DNA of 63,316 bases, counting the filler, from Craspedostauros australis (Eukaryota): NCBI GenBank assembly GCA_030167865.1. It is 9 parts of 9 records of this genome, joined end to end, with 100 filler letters (N's around TTAATTAATTAA, not from the genome) between each part and the next. Parts side by side here need not be neighbours in the genome. Positions count along the whole stretch, not along the records: positions 32,705 to 39,014 come from JALAGF010004818.1; positions 39,115 to 47,323 come from JALAGF010004819.1; 7 more parts are not named here. The stretch is one strand, 5' to 3'. Below the pieces are notes generated by a model, which was not told the origin of the DNA, ran no database searches, and worked only from the letters and a program-made list of their open reading frames with translations. Shown here piece after piece: positions 34,961 to 46,674 of this stretch. Position 1 is the stretch's first letter. Every line of letters starts with the position of its first letter. The translations under genes and the position numbers were made by a program.

Positions 34961-37900
34961 CTAGTCGTCCCAATATTCCGTCAATGGAAAGCACCCATCA
35001 TCTCCCACATAGTCACAGCATTTGGTTGCGCCACAACACATATCGCAACAGGTGCATGTCACTTTTGGTGTACCTTGCAGGCAGTCCGCCAAGTACTCGC
35101 CCCCGATTTTGGGAACGTTATTGTTCTTCGAGATGTCGCAGACGAGAGGGTCGACAGTGCCTGTAATTCCTGTGTTAGTCAGGTAGAGTTCATTGATGGA
35201 CGGGAGCGTGTGTAATTCGGTGGGGAAGGTCCCGCTAAGTTGTGTGTTGAATGCTGTTTGGGAGCGTTTGGTTGTGGTGACATGATATGAAAGTGTTGTC
35301 AGGATATGCAGACCTATTCACGACTGTATGGGCAAACGAGCTCTGCGCTACCTCCGTTTGCAGACGCTGCAGTTGCATGCGAAACAAAGCTGCACCAACT
35401 TACCGAAAGCCAAGGTTTTCAACACTTCTAACTTGCCAATCTCCGTTGGTATCTTGCCCGTGATATCGCTGTTCTCTACAAACAACACCGTCAGAGATTT
35501 CAAGAACAGCATGAATGGAAATCCTCGGGCGAAGAGAAGCAACGTGCACGAAGGCATGTGAGAAGCTGGGTGCAGTGTCCAATGCGACTGGCGCACTGGG
35601 ATGTAGATCGCCATGCTTACCGAATGCTTGTTGCACGGAAACACTTCGCAAATGGGCATTTAATACTCGACAGACCGCGACACGCAAATTGCACCGCACT
35701 TACGAATGATGAGCTTGGTGAGCTTCGTGAGTTGCCCTATTTCTGTCGGAATCTGGCCACCCAGTGGGTTGAAGGCTGTCATGAATTGCATGGGTGGGCA
35801 AAGAGAAACGAAGGAGAAGTCATGTGAGGAAAGTAGTGAGTCGCTTCGAAGACGACCTACTAGTCGCCACAGAGAATTCCTTCGGCAGCAAAGCTGCCCA
35901 TTCAGAGATCCTCAGTAGCTCGGTTCAGGCATGCTTTTTTCTTTGCTTTGGTGCGATACTTACAAAAATTGATGAATTCAAGGTCTTGCAGCAGCCCCAT
36001 CTCTGTGAGCATGGGATTCTTCAACCCGTTCAGCTCTACCAGTTTACATCATCAAAGCGGTACGTGAAGAATACAAATAACGCAAAAGCAGGGCGAAGAG
36101 ATGGCGGCGCTGAGTCATTGATGCGTGAAAGATGTGGAGAAAGAATAGAAATCTGCACAAGTTGTCTGGCAGTCCGACGTTAGAGCTGTCGCAGCGTCAT
36201 TTTCGTTGGTTCACTCAAGACTTGACGTGCAAGAGTATGGTACGTACCCATACCAATCGTGATCACTGTATTGCTTGTTGTGCTGCATTCGATGCCTTGC
36301 CAGGTGCATGCATCATCACCGGTGAGCCAACCAAACGCGATGTTCCAATTTGATCCGTCGTGCTGATAGTAAAACATTGCCATGAAGTATCGTTCCCACA
36401 GCCACCGCACGGAGATTGTTTCAAAGTCCAACTCCGCAGGGTCCTCTGCGGCGAGCCACCGCAGTGCTTTGTTCTGTACCGTGGTGGTGGACGTCAGCGT
36501 TTCCAATTCGTCAGCTGTGGCATTTGGGTGCAGTAGCTCCATCAATCGATTAATTCGTCGATCGGCCAGTAGCTGTGAAGCTGTGGTGGGGGGCATGGAG
36601 GGTAGCTGAGTTGGAGCATTCGTTGGGCTTTGAGTTGGAGTGGCGGTGCCTGGATCATCGACAGTGGTAGATTTTGGATCAGCATTCGAACTCGAAGGGC
36701 CAAGCTGCGTTGCCACGACCACGGAGACAACAATGATGGAAATCACGACAAGCGCGACGCTGAAAATAAACGGTCTTCGTTTGAAGCCACAGACAGTTGC
36801 ATTCCCCGTTTCCTTGATCGGAGTGGCTGAATGCAGTGGCATGGGGCTCTTGCTTTCCGGCTCGGTTGCGGTTATCCTGTGAAGCGCCGACTGTGATACG
36901 TCATTGGACGCAGCATCCTCGGCGAGATCCATGTTGGCGTTGTGGGCATCTGGCTGCCGCTGCTGCGGCTGTCCTTGTTGCCGTTGAAGCAGTGTTTGGT
37001 GTTCTGCCTCCAACCGCTGAGTTCGAAGTTCCAGCTCACGAAGACGCTCCGTTTTCCGCGCGTTTCCGGCTTGTCTCCCTTCCTCCACTAGCGTGGCCTC
37101 TAATACAGGCACATCGCCGTACCCTTCAACGTGATTGGCATCGGTTGATGATGAACTCGTTTGGTTTGTGGCTCCAACTCCACCAGTCGGGCCACCGTCA
37201 TTACTCGCTTCGATGTCATCAAAGCCGGCATCGTAACCGTCCATGCCATCAATGCCCGCGTGGGCATCCTGACTTGTCGCGCGCTGAGCATAGCCAGGCA
37301 TGTGGACAGCCCCCGGACGGATGATTTCGGCTCGTGCAGCAGCATGCTGCTCACCCTCCACCCTACGAAGTGCGGGTGCACCTGTCAGAGGGAACAACTG
37401 CTCCATGCTTGCCGAGATGGAACGATCGTTCAGTTCTTCGGACGTGGCGCCATCCAACATGGGCGTTGCTTCTTTGGACGCTCCGGCCACGGGCTGTGGT
37501 AGATGCCGCTTTTGGATGCTGCGTTGATCCGCCTGTTGCGCTCGCCCAATGCCTTGCTGCGTGCCAATCTTCTTGTCTGTTGATCCGCCGGTATAATTTG
37601 TATCCGGGGGCATGTGAGGTGATCTAGATGCACGTGCTTTCTCTTGCACGGCGACATCCCGTTCTGACAGAGTGCGTGTAGCAGAGTTTTGGATGGTAGA
37701 AGTCTCTCGCGAGTCCATCTTTGCAGCTTTCTCGCTCACCTTGTGCCCATCATACCCGGAAGCATGCTCGCTGCCATGCGCTGGAAGCGGTTGCTGTTGT
37801 TTCCACATTTCTTGGCCTGTTGGGAATGGGGACGTGGTCCGATGTGCTTTCTCCCATTCCGCTGCCGTTGCTGTCGCCGCTGTGCTTGTATCGCCATCGC

Positions 37901-38171
37901 CAGGAAGAGACAGGATTGAGCTCGTCCTGGGTGCTCGCAATGCCACTTCGGCAGCTTGCGTCGCGGCGAGGATCGCAGCTTCATCCTTCGGTTCTGATCC
38001 CGAACGCAGACCATGCTGAGTCAATGGTGCCTCGTCATTGTGATTGCGGCGCGTGATCGCCTGGTCTGTGGGAGTAGAAACGGCCCGGGACTGCGTGTGC
38101 GCTGCGCGGATAAGATCCAGAGCATCGCTCGGATCAGATTCATCATTGGAGTGGTTGCTTTCTCGTTCCAT
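34961..38171 (-). CDS. Diatom-type LRR transmembrane (receptor-like) protein paralog A; exons 38171-36248, 35775-35704, 35475-35404, 35253-34961
   Basis: Disordered N-terminus with RPGAV, one TM helix, PT stalk, QNKALRWL..D...ERY...W..W...C.W.GI.C cap and plant-type LRRs (LGGQIPTEIGQLTKL, ITGKIPTEIGKL, LSGTFPTEL). C-terminus is ADC...VTCTCCDMCC. All junctions are GT-AG, phase 1. Confidence 0.88.
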
Positions 38172-38679
38172 CGTGGCTTGGGCGACGATTGCGGTTGGTG
38201 GCTACAGTGGAGTGTGGCACTCGGAGCGCCGAGATGGTGATGCAATAGCTGTGTTTGTCACAGCTGGAATCGTTCAAGAGCGGTTCCAAATATGATCAGC
38301 GTCTCGTGGTGGTGCTGGTGCTGATTTTGTGGATGCTGCCGTGGCCATGAGGTCTTGTGGTTGGATTGTGATTGTGATTGTGATTGCGGTTACGGTGGCG
38401 GTGATGGTGATGGTGAGGTCGCAGCCGACTCCCACAACAACAAACACACAAGTGTGTCTGTGGACTGGCCACCGTGTCTGAGCGGTTTCCAGCACTTTCA
38501 CTCACAGAAGCAGGGGCTTCCGGTAAAACGGACTATCGGACTAACGAACAGCATCACTATTTGGTTAACGGACGATATTAGTCGTGAATGCGAAATTCTT
38601 AGTCATGATTGGAATGTCGTACTTGGCGTTTATGGTTTATGCAATCCGTGATTGAATTGTCTCTAGCCTACAGCGAAAA

Positions 38680-38825
38680 AAAAATGCCCTAAAATAAGGC
38701 ACCTTTTGAAAAGATGCCCTATTTAGGGCACGTTTTGAAAAGGTGCCCTATTTAAGGCACGTTTTGAAAAGGTGCCCTATTTAAGGCACGTTTTGAAAAG
38801 GTGCCCTATTTTAGGGCACGTTTTG
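38680..38825. repeat. Tandem array of about 5 x 29-bp units, each an imperfect palindrome
   Basis: AAAAGGTGCCCTATTT(A/T)(A/G)GGCACGTTTTG repeated head-to-tail with no spacers. Confidence 0.9.
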
Positions 38826-40379
38826 TTTCACAATAGCCCAGCCACGATGGGCACATTCCACAAAGCCATCAACGGGGAACGATGTGGACGTCACTGAATG
38901 ACGAATCAGAACACTAATACTTATCGTCAACTTGGCGTGACATGCCTTTGATAATCCTCTGTCGTCGCGTTGTTGCGCGGGATTTGCTCTTGCTCTTTCT
39001 GTCGTCCAATCGGCNNNNNNNNNNNNNNNNNNNNNNNNNNNNNNNNNNNNNNNNNNNNTTAATTAATTAANNNNNNNNNNNNNNNNNNNNNNNNNNNNNN
39101 NNNNNNNNNNNNNNCAACAGGGCACACTGTGAACGCCTAAGTGCAGCGCAACGCAGTACACCGCATCAGCCTGGATGCGTCAACAACAACAACAACAACA
39201 CCGCATCAGCGTGAATGCGTCAACAACAGGAACATCACACGAGAACCAGCAAAGCAGGCAGACATCACAGACAGAGAGCGCTACTCCCCAGAGTAGATCA
39301 CACAGAATAACGACAACAGCACGAACAAAACCAAAACAAACACCAAAAAACAACGAAAACAACAGAAACAGAAACACAAAGGAGAGCACTAACTAAGTAC
39401 TCNATAGTAGTAGGAACAAACAAAGTACCATGATGGGTGCACATCACATATTTATGTCTAATCAAGTACCTAGTCTTGCCAATTCCGACATAAAAAGTAA
39501 GCTTTTCTCCTTTTCCGACAACTCCCTGGCAAAAAGAAACGTGTGGGGTTCGTTGTTGATGCCAACAAGAAATTCCAAAATCCTCGCCACCACAGGATCC
39601 TCCACTGATCGAACGGATCAAAGATCCCACAATCGTGACGTCACAAAGAGAAACGCTACAAGCACCAGTCAAGACTCTGGCGCGCAAAGATCTCAACGAC
39701 TACGCAAGTCATCAACTTCGGGTAGATCACACTGGATGCGTTCATCGTCCCACCTTCTTATAGCTTGTACAGAGGATGCGATACTCGAGATTCGTTCGAG
39801 AAAGAGAAATACGACCTCTGCCGTCGGATATTGAACTGTGTGTGTGGCATGGCGGGACTGTGGACATCACACTCAAAGCGTCACACCATGAGTATCACAA
39901 GGAGCAGGCACTTTGGTATAATATTATATATAATAGTATAATAGACTATTAACTTTTCATCGAGATCTCCTTTGCTTTGACAATCGTATGACCTCTTCTT
40001 CGAAGAGACATGCCGGTAACGATCACGCGAGCACGAATAGCGATCGGTTTCTGTGGATAGCACCGACACTGAGAATAGGTAGAGTGCTGCACAAATACTT
40101 CCGTCGATTCTGTCGCAGTCGTATTCCACGTGGAACTTCCTGAGACCAACGACCATGTTGTGACACTTGTTCTCAATTTTTCGTTTCGCGATCCGCAACA
40201 ACACCCACATGCGCCAACCAACAAGGAACAACAACAGACACAGACACTGTTCATGTTCACGCTTGTGCATCGTCAGGATCGCAGCTTCGGACAGGAGGAT
40301 CGCCATCACCATCATTGCCATTGTTGTCAACGTCGCTACCACAGCTATCGTCAAGGCCGCCATCATCAACAACAGTGCC

Positions 40380-42140
40380 ATGATATCACGGCACATCATC
40401 TCCGTTGCTGCGTGCGTGTCAGTCGCGTTGCTCATCACGAGCACACCATCTGCCGCCTTTTGTGCGCAATGGAAGTCCACACGTGATTGTCGGGGATTGG
40501 CACGGTGGGGACAACCGCATCATGGCAACTGCGCTCCAGCTTCAACCCTGCTGCTGGCATCGTCTTCATCTTCATCTGCATCATCGGCGAGCGCGAAATC
40601 AAGTGCGCAACCAAAGTCAAAAGCAAAGCCAAGAACAACACAAACAGAAACAGAGAGAAGGACACCAGCGGCATCAACTCCAAATACAGATACATCGACA
40701 AGTGCTGCTCCAATACGAACAAAACCAAACATTCAAGTGCGCAGTTTGATGCACACTATTCGATCACATTTCGAGGATACAAACAACCGTGGTGTCTCGT
40801 CCACCAAAGCCTGGGCAAGAACAAGGGCATACGTGCACTTCGCAGCGGATACCTTATCCCTCAAGCAAGCACAAGAAGTCCTTGACTTCCTTTCATCCAT
40901 CTGTCCTGCATCGACCGCAAAGAAAGTCGTTCAGGTAGCACCCCCAGTTCTAACACAGGATGTGTCCAAGTTCCTTGCACCAGCATCGGAGCATTTCATC
41001 AATGTATTAGGAAATGAGGCATTCCAGAAAGAGATCGATGATGATCCTCAGCGCTGGCTGTCGAATGTGAAATCCTACAACTCCGACGTGGCCTGGAACA
41101 AACTGGTGAGACATCTCTCCGATGACTGGGGCATGTCTTCGAGAGCCATCAACAAGCTCAAAGCTTCGACGGTGGCCATATCAACCGAATCGACAGCTAG
41201 AATCAACGCATCTATGACCTACTTGGATTTAGTGATGGATACAGAATGGTTGGAGAAACGAAAGAAGACGACATCCACTATCACCGAACAGCTGATCATC
41301 CGTCGGCCAGCTGCACTCTTGTTGGACACCAAGACTGTGTTGAAGCCACGCGTTGAGTATCTGATGCGAAGAGTGAACATGACTGAAACAGATTTCACGG
41401 TGTTCATGAACCGAGGTGGTGGAGGGACATTGACTTATTCGTCGGAAGACAAGATCAGACCAATGTTGGAATACCTGCGAACCATGTTGAATCAGCAGGA
41501 ACTGAAGAACTGTGTGATGAGAATGCCACTCTTACTGAATTTGGCGATAGTGACTTTGCAATCCAGGGTTGAGTTCTTCGATGACATCGAACGACGCCAC
41601 TTCACACGTTGGTCTTCTCACACGCCGAACGTACCACAAGGAGTGGAAGAGCGATCGCTAGCAGTGTGCATACTCACCATTGCACCAAGGGTCTTTGTCC
41701 TCAACTTCTCAACAAATGTTCAGCCCAAAATCGATTTCATCAGCAAAGTGTGGGGTGAAGCCTCATTGGTTCGGAACTTGCGCCAGTTTCCCATACTTAT
41801 CGGGCTGAGTGTAGAAAGCAACCTCAAACCAACGCTCGACTTTTACAACCGAACTGGCTACGTGCTGCTGTCGGACGATTGGGAAATATGCCAACAATAT
41901 GCGGCAGTGTCTACTCCGTATGTGGCTACATCGCTCAACAGTCGATTGTTGCCACGATGGTACTTCGTCCGATCGCAGAACCCTTCGTATCGCCCATCAC
42001 TGAATTCCATTTCCACGAACACAGATGCTGACTTTTGTAAGCACGCAGGTCTTGATCTGGAGCAATATTTGGAGTTCAAGAAGAAGCATGGACCGGCCCT
42101 TGAACTCCCAGATCCGTCAGATCTTCGACTCGACGAGTAG
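40380..42140 (+). CDS. mTERF-family protein, probably plastid-targeted
   Basis: Signal peptide plus SAA-F from ATG 40380. mTERF repeats: LKPRVEYL, YSSEDKIRPMLEYL, NVQPKIDF, PILIGLSVESNLKPTLDF, SLNSRLLPRW. Confidence 0.88.
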   Translation: MISRHIISVAACVSVALLITSTPSAAFCAQWKSTRDCRGLARWGQPHHGNCAPASTLLLASSSSSSASSASAKSSAQPKSKAKPRTTQTETERRTPAASTPNTDTSTSAAPIRTKPNIQVRSLMHTIRSHFEDTNNRGVSSTKAWARTRAYVHFAADTLSLKQAQEVLDFLSSICPASTAKKVVQVAPPVLTQDVSKFLAPASEHFINVLGNEAFQKEIDDDPQRWLSNVKSYNSDVAWNKLVRHLSDDWGMSSRAINKLKASTVAISTESTARINASMTYLDLVMDTEWLEKRKKTTSTITEQLIIRRPAALLLDTKTVLKPRVEYLMRRVNMTETDFTVFMNRGGGGTLTYSSEDKIRPMLEYLRTMLNQQELKNCVMRMPLLLNLAIVTLQSRVEFFDDIERRHFTRWSSHTPNVPQGVEERSLAVCILTIAPRVFVLNFSTNVQPKIDFISKVWGEASLVRNLRQFPILIGLSVESNLKPTLDFYNRTGYVLLSDDWEICQQYAAVSTPYVATSLNSRLLPRWYFVRSQNPSYRPSLNSISTNTDADFCKHAGLDLEQYLEFKKKHGPALELPDPSDLRLDE

Positions 42141-42577
42141 AAAGAACATTCACTGCGATGCCTCTCCCTACCAATATGAAGACTTATATCTCATAATGTA
42201 ACGCCATTCGACGAGTACGAGAATGACAACCATCCGCGTGCTGTGCTGCATGAGGAGACTGCGCAGTGCACCGCTTCGTCCAACATTTCGTCACTCTCTG
42301 ACTATCAGATGCACACTCTATTGTTTGTTACTACGTGCTACTTCACTGTAGAGAGCAATGGTGCTTGTTAGAACGAAGTAAAAAAGGAGGGGATTCCGCA
42401 CCAAAACGTAGAGTGATCAGATCGTTGTTAAGGAGAGGATGAGTGAGTGTTATTGAGTTATTCGTATGGATAGGTAGAATGCTGTCAAGCTCCAAAGGTT
42501 GAAATCTTGGAACTGTGAGCATGAGGGGCAACTTGCAGGTCTTATGCAATTGCAGGTTGTTGGAAATCCGGGGTTAT

Positions 42578-45500
42578 CCCTTAATGGACCAGCCATGAAG
42601 GATCTGTCAGATCCATTATAAAGCCTCCGTGTTAAATTTCTACGGCTTTTTCCTACCATGTCCTACGTATGAAAACTAGTTCTGTACCTGTATCTAAACT
42701 GGATTTTAGACTGTAATGGTCAGTTCACTTTCGTCAGAGTTGATTGTACTCTCATCATCCTTCCCATGAAAATACATTCCAGTGCAGCTTACAGACATGG
42801 ATTCCACACACACTGCACATCCTTCTGACTCTGCTTGGTTCATGTGTTGGCCTCCCTTCGAGCTTTGCCTTTGCTTTAAGGTAAGAACAGTATCTGCAAG
42901 TCTTCGGGCTTCCGTCCCTGCTGATGATCTCCTTGTGATCTTCGAATCTCCCCTCCAACCTCGATCTGGGCAGCTTTGGAGAGCAGGGGCTCATCCGCTT
43001 CCTTGTTCGAATGGTGTGTGGGACTCTGGTGGCTTGCCCTTGTTGCCATCAAATCTGCTTCATTCCCTTTGCGGACCAGAGCCTCAATCATCTCGATCAT
43101 GAATGCCTTGCTCCCCAATCGATCTTGTTCTCTTGCCAGGTGATTGAATGCAATCCAAGTATTGACACGCATGATGTCGAACAAGTGGAACATGAGGGGC
43201 ATCCATACTCTCCGAGCCCTCAAGTCAGGGCGATAGTATGCGATGAGTTGATCGCATTTGTCAACTCCAAGCATCCAATGATTGTAGTCATCAATCATCT
43301 TCGGAATTTGGATGTGTGCAGAGTACTTGCTCCCCCAGACCATCTCCAAGTGCCCTGCATTCACATTGTTCTTTCTTGGCTTGTGGCGATTGCAAAGGAC
43401 CGACTCGTTCCCATGGTGCACCGTACTTACCATCAACACCACATTGTTGTCAATCCACCTGGCCACCACATACTGATTGTTCTCAATCCAGACATAGAGT
43501 GAGTTGAAGCGCATGTCCTCAACCTCCTTCACCTCTGTGCTGGGTAATCCATTCCTCCTCCTTGCAGTGCCAACAACTCCGATGCCCATCTCTCTTGACT
43601 TCGCCATGACTGCCTTGGTTGTGAAGAAGTTGTCCATTGCAACAACATGGTGATTGATTGGGTCCAATGTCTTCATGAGCTCCTCCACAGTGTTGTTGAT
43701 TTTTGTTGATGTGTCCAGACGTCCTGCAGGCAGTACATGATATCCAAATCCAGTCTTCGAGCAGCACAGAGCGTAGAATTTGTACCCCTCTTTGATGGGT
43801 TTCTGCTTCATCCGAGTGGTCTGCCTGGACCTGCCCTTGAATCTCACCATCATCTCATCGATTGCACAAGTAGAGCCTGGCTTGATGCAGATACTCTTTG
43901 ACACCTGGTTGACGTGGTCAAGCAGTGGTTGGATCTTGTGATACCAGCTTCTGTTGGTGTCAACAATTGGTGTAGGAGGAGTGGGGGGCTGTGTGTGCAG
44001 GGTTTGGTTGCTGCCTGTGCATGTGGAGCTGCTCAAAGTTGCAGACCGACTTGACGGAGAGCAGCTGCTGACCGTTACACTCATGAGAGATTCATATCGG
44101 CTCTGGATGAGATTGTCTTTGCTGTCACTGATATCCTCATCTTCCGAGTCAGTGGCATTGGTTGTATCAGAAGCAACTGCATTCCTCACAGCTGAGAAGT
44201 GAATGTGGTTCCACACAACTTCATATCTTGCTCGTGTCATGTACTTTGTGAGCAGGTGGGATGGTACACCAATGGACGGGGCGCGCCAATAATCCCACTT
44301 GGCTGGTGCCTTGAAGACCCCCATGTAGTAGTAGATTGCAAGGAAGAGGTAGATCTCCTTCACTGAAAAGAAGCTGGCCGTGGATCCACTGTTGAAGGTA
44401 CGATTGTTGGTGTGGACTTGCATGGACTCGATGAGTTGCCATGAGAAGTACACCTCCAGGATGGTATCAACTGATGGGTTGAAACCTCCAACTGACCAGA
44501 AGAGTGGCTTGTGAGAACTGATGGGGAGTGGTGCATAGGCAACATTGTTGTCGGCTCCATGCACAGGAATGGCTGTGCCGTCCACAGCGGTTGCTCCATC
44601 AGGAGCCATGGCAACACCAGTCGAAGTGGTGCATTCTGCATCCATTGCTCCATTATTGCTGGCCATGCCATCATTGCTGGCCGTGCCATCATTGCTGTTG
44701 TTGGTTGCAATCAGGCCACTCCTCTCATTTTTTCTTCCGCACCTCAATGCAAGTTTGCGTTTGAGGCGCTCGATAATGCGACTGCTGCGCCTGTTGCTTT
44801 TGATTATGCTTGCAGTGCTGCTGGCAGTGGTGGTACCAGCCACACTGATGCAGGCACTGTTGCCATTGCATACTCCCTTGCTGCTTGTGATTGGTGCTCC
44901 TGCGGAACGGTCTCCTGTCACTCCATTGGTAGCATGAAGGGATTTTCTCCGATTGCTGTTGAGGAATACCACGAAGGGTTTGGCGCAATTGTAGCTTGCC
45001 GTACCATTGGAAGAAGGCTTGGATACTTTGGCACACTTGGATGTGGGAGAAGCCGGAGATGATGCAGGCATGGCCGCGGGTGCATGAGATCGGCTGTGCT
45101 TGTGTTGTGATGGGCGATCGATGATGTGGAATGGTTGGGATTGCGATTGCGATTTTGTGATCACCAATCGCGATGATCTCTTTGACGGTGAGAAGAAACA
45201 ATCAAAGAGATTGCGCACAACGAAGAATGATCCATGAGCGATGGGTCACGGAGATCATCAGCGAAGCAATGTGCTGGAGGGCATCCATGGAGTTGTATGA
45301 ACACGCATGCCAACTGATGCATGCGAAAACGGCGATCGAGTTGAGAGATGTGAGCACCGAGAAATCATTGATGTGTCACGAAAATCAGCGATGATGGCCT
45401 CGCTGATGAGTTTTCCCATCAGTCCCGTCGCCGAAAAACGATTCACGAGTACTTCGGAGGACGATGGCGACCCGACTGCAGTAAGAAGACCCCTGATTCA

Positions 45501-45646
45501 GGAAGATAAGAAGAAGTGCCAACTCCCCAAGGATTCTGTTGGTACAAGAAAAGTGGAGGGGTATATGTAAAAGTTGTGGTCAAAAATGGAATGGGGTGAG
45601 AATGAAATTTATATTGGATCGAAGTAATCCCCTAGGTCATGAAGGG
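42578..45646 (-). mobile_element. Full-length piggyBac transposon (about 3.07 kb) with imperfect TIRs
   Basis: Left end CCCTTAATGGACC; right end reverse-complement CCCTTCATGACC. Boundaries are independently fixed by the interrupted family A element. Confidence 0.85.
42755..45071 (-). pseudogene. piggyBac (DDE_Tnp_1_7) transposase with intact DDD core; C-terminal Cys-rich domain out of frame
   Basis: AIDEMMVRFKGR, KPIKEGYK, AMDNFFT, GTARRR, YNHWMLGVDKCDQL. The CRYC...CSVCGIHVC..H domain lies in ORF 42755-42994 in another frame, with the shift near 43000. Confidence 0.92.
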
Positions 45647-46674
45647 ATAGTATGAATCTAATCTGTCATTCGATCATACTGTTATAGAACTGTGAGAACA
45701 ATCTCCTTGGCTCTCTTCAATTCCAATTCAATAGCAAGCATGATCTGTAGCAGTTCACCATAGTCATATACTTGTCCATGGTTGCTTTCATCTGCATCAT
45801 CATCTTGCTCTCATGCTCTCCCCTGCAGATTCGTCATGCATTTCAGTAGTGTCATGCCTCTTCTGCATTGGAGCAGTATTTCTTGTACCCATACAGGCAC
45901 CTCAGCATGCGTCTCAGACTGATCGATCCCACATTGTCTTTGATTCCTCAGTATTCTTCCTACGCCACCACAATGGTCTCAGCGATCATGTTTTTCTGAT
46001 GTCACATCATCATTCGTGCTCTGGGGTGAAGAAGGGATTGCCTCCGTTTCTCCCATTGGGGTGACTCTTGTCCGTCGATGTGCGTCGACATACTTGGGAT
46101 TTATCAACAGTATTGCACATAGTCTTGGTTCATGTGCAAATACATCCCTAGTGGTCGAATCATAGGTTCTCCTTCATTTTAATGGTGGTTCATGAATAGA
46201 CTCCATTGTGGGACATGACTGTGTTTGGTCTCAGTTGCAGATGGAGGAGTGAGGAGGGACAAGCTACAAGGTGGTCCGAGTGTGGTCAACAGAGTTGAAT
46301 CCATCGAGTCAGGGAGATATTCTTGGGAGGTGCGCCAATAATGGGTATCTTGGTAAAGTCGTGCCCCCGATTCATGAGAAAGAGTGCTCCACGGATACTT
46401 CTGTCGTATTCCACGTGGAACTTCCTGAGACCAACGACCATGTTGTGACACTTGTTGTCAATTTTTTCGTTTCGCGATCTGCGACAAAGCCCACATGCGC
46501 CAACCAACAAGAAACAGCCACAGACACTGTTCATGTTCGTGCTTCTGCATCGTCAGGATCGCAGCTTCGGACAGGAGGATCGTCATCACCATCATTGCCA
46601 TTGTTGCCAACGTCGCTACCACCATCAATATTACCACAGCTATCGCCAACGCCGCCATCATCAACAACAGTGCC

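Larger units (their letters stand above)
42558..46379. mobile_element. Family A element (inverted relative to copies 1-2) split by a piggyBac insertion after its first 20 bp
   Basis: TGTTGGAAATCCGGGGTTAT at 42558-42577. The family sequence resumes at 45647 (ATAGTATGAATCTAATCTG...TAGAACTGTGAG) and ends ...TTGGGAGGTGCG...GGGTAT...AAAGTCGT...GATTCATGAGA near 46379. No intact TSD. Confidence 0.8.

Noticed and set aside
38680..38825. CRISPR array (palindromic 29-bp repeats)
   Set aside because: Units are directly adjacent with no unique spacers, there are no cas genes, and the context is eukaryotic.
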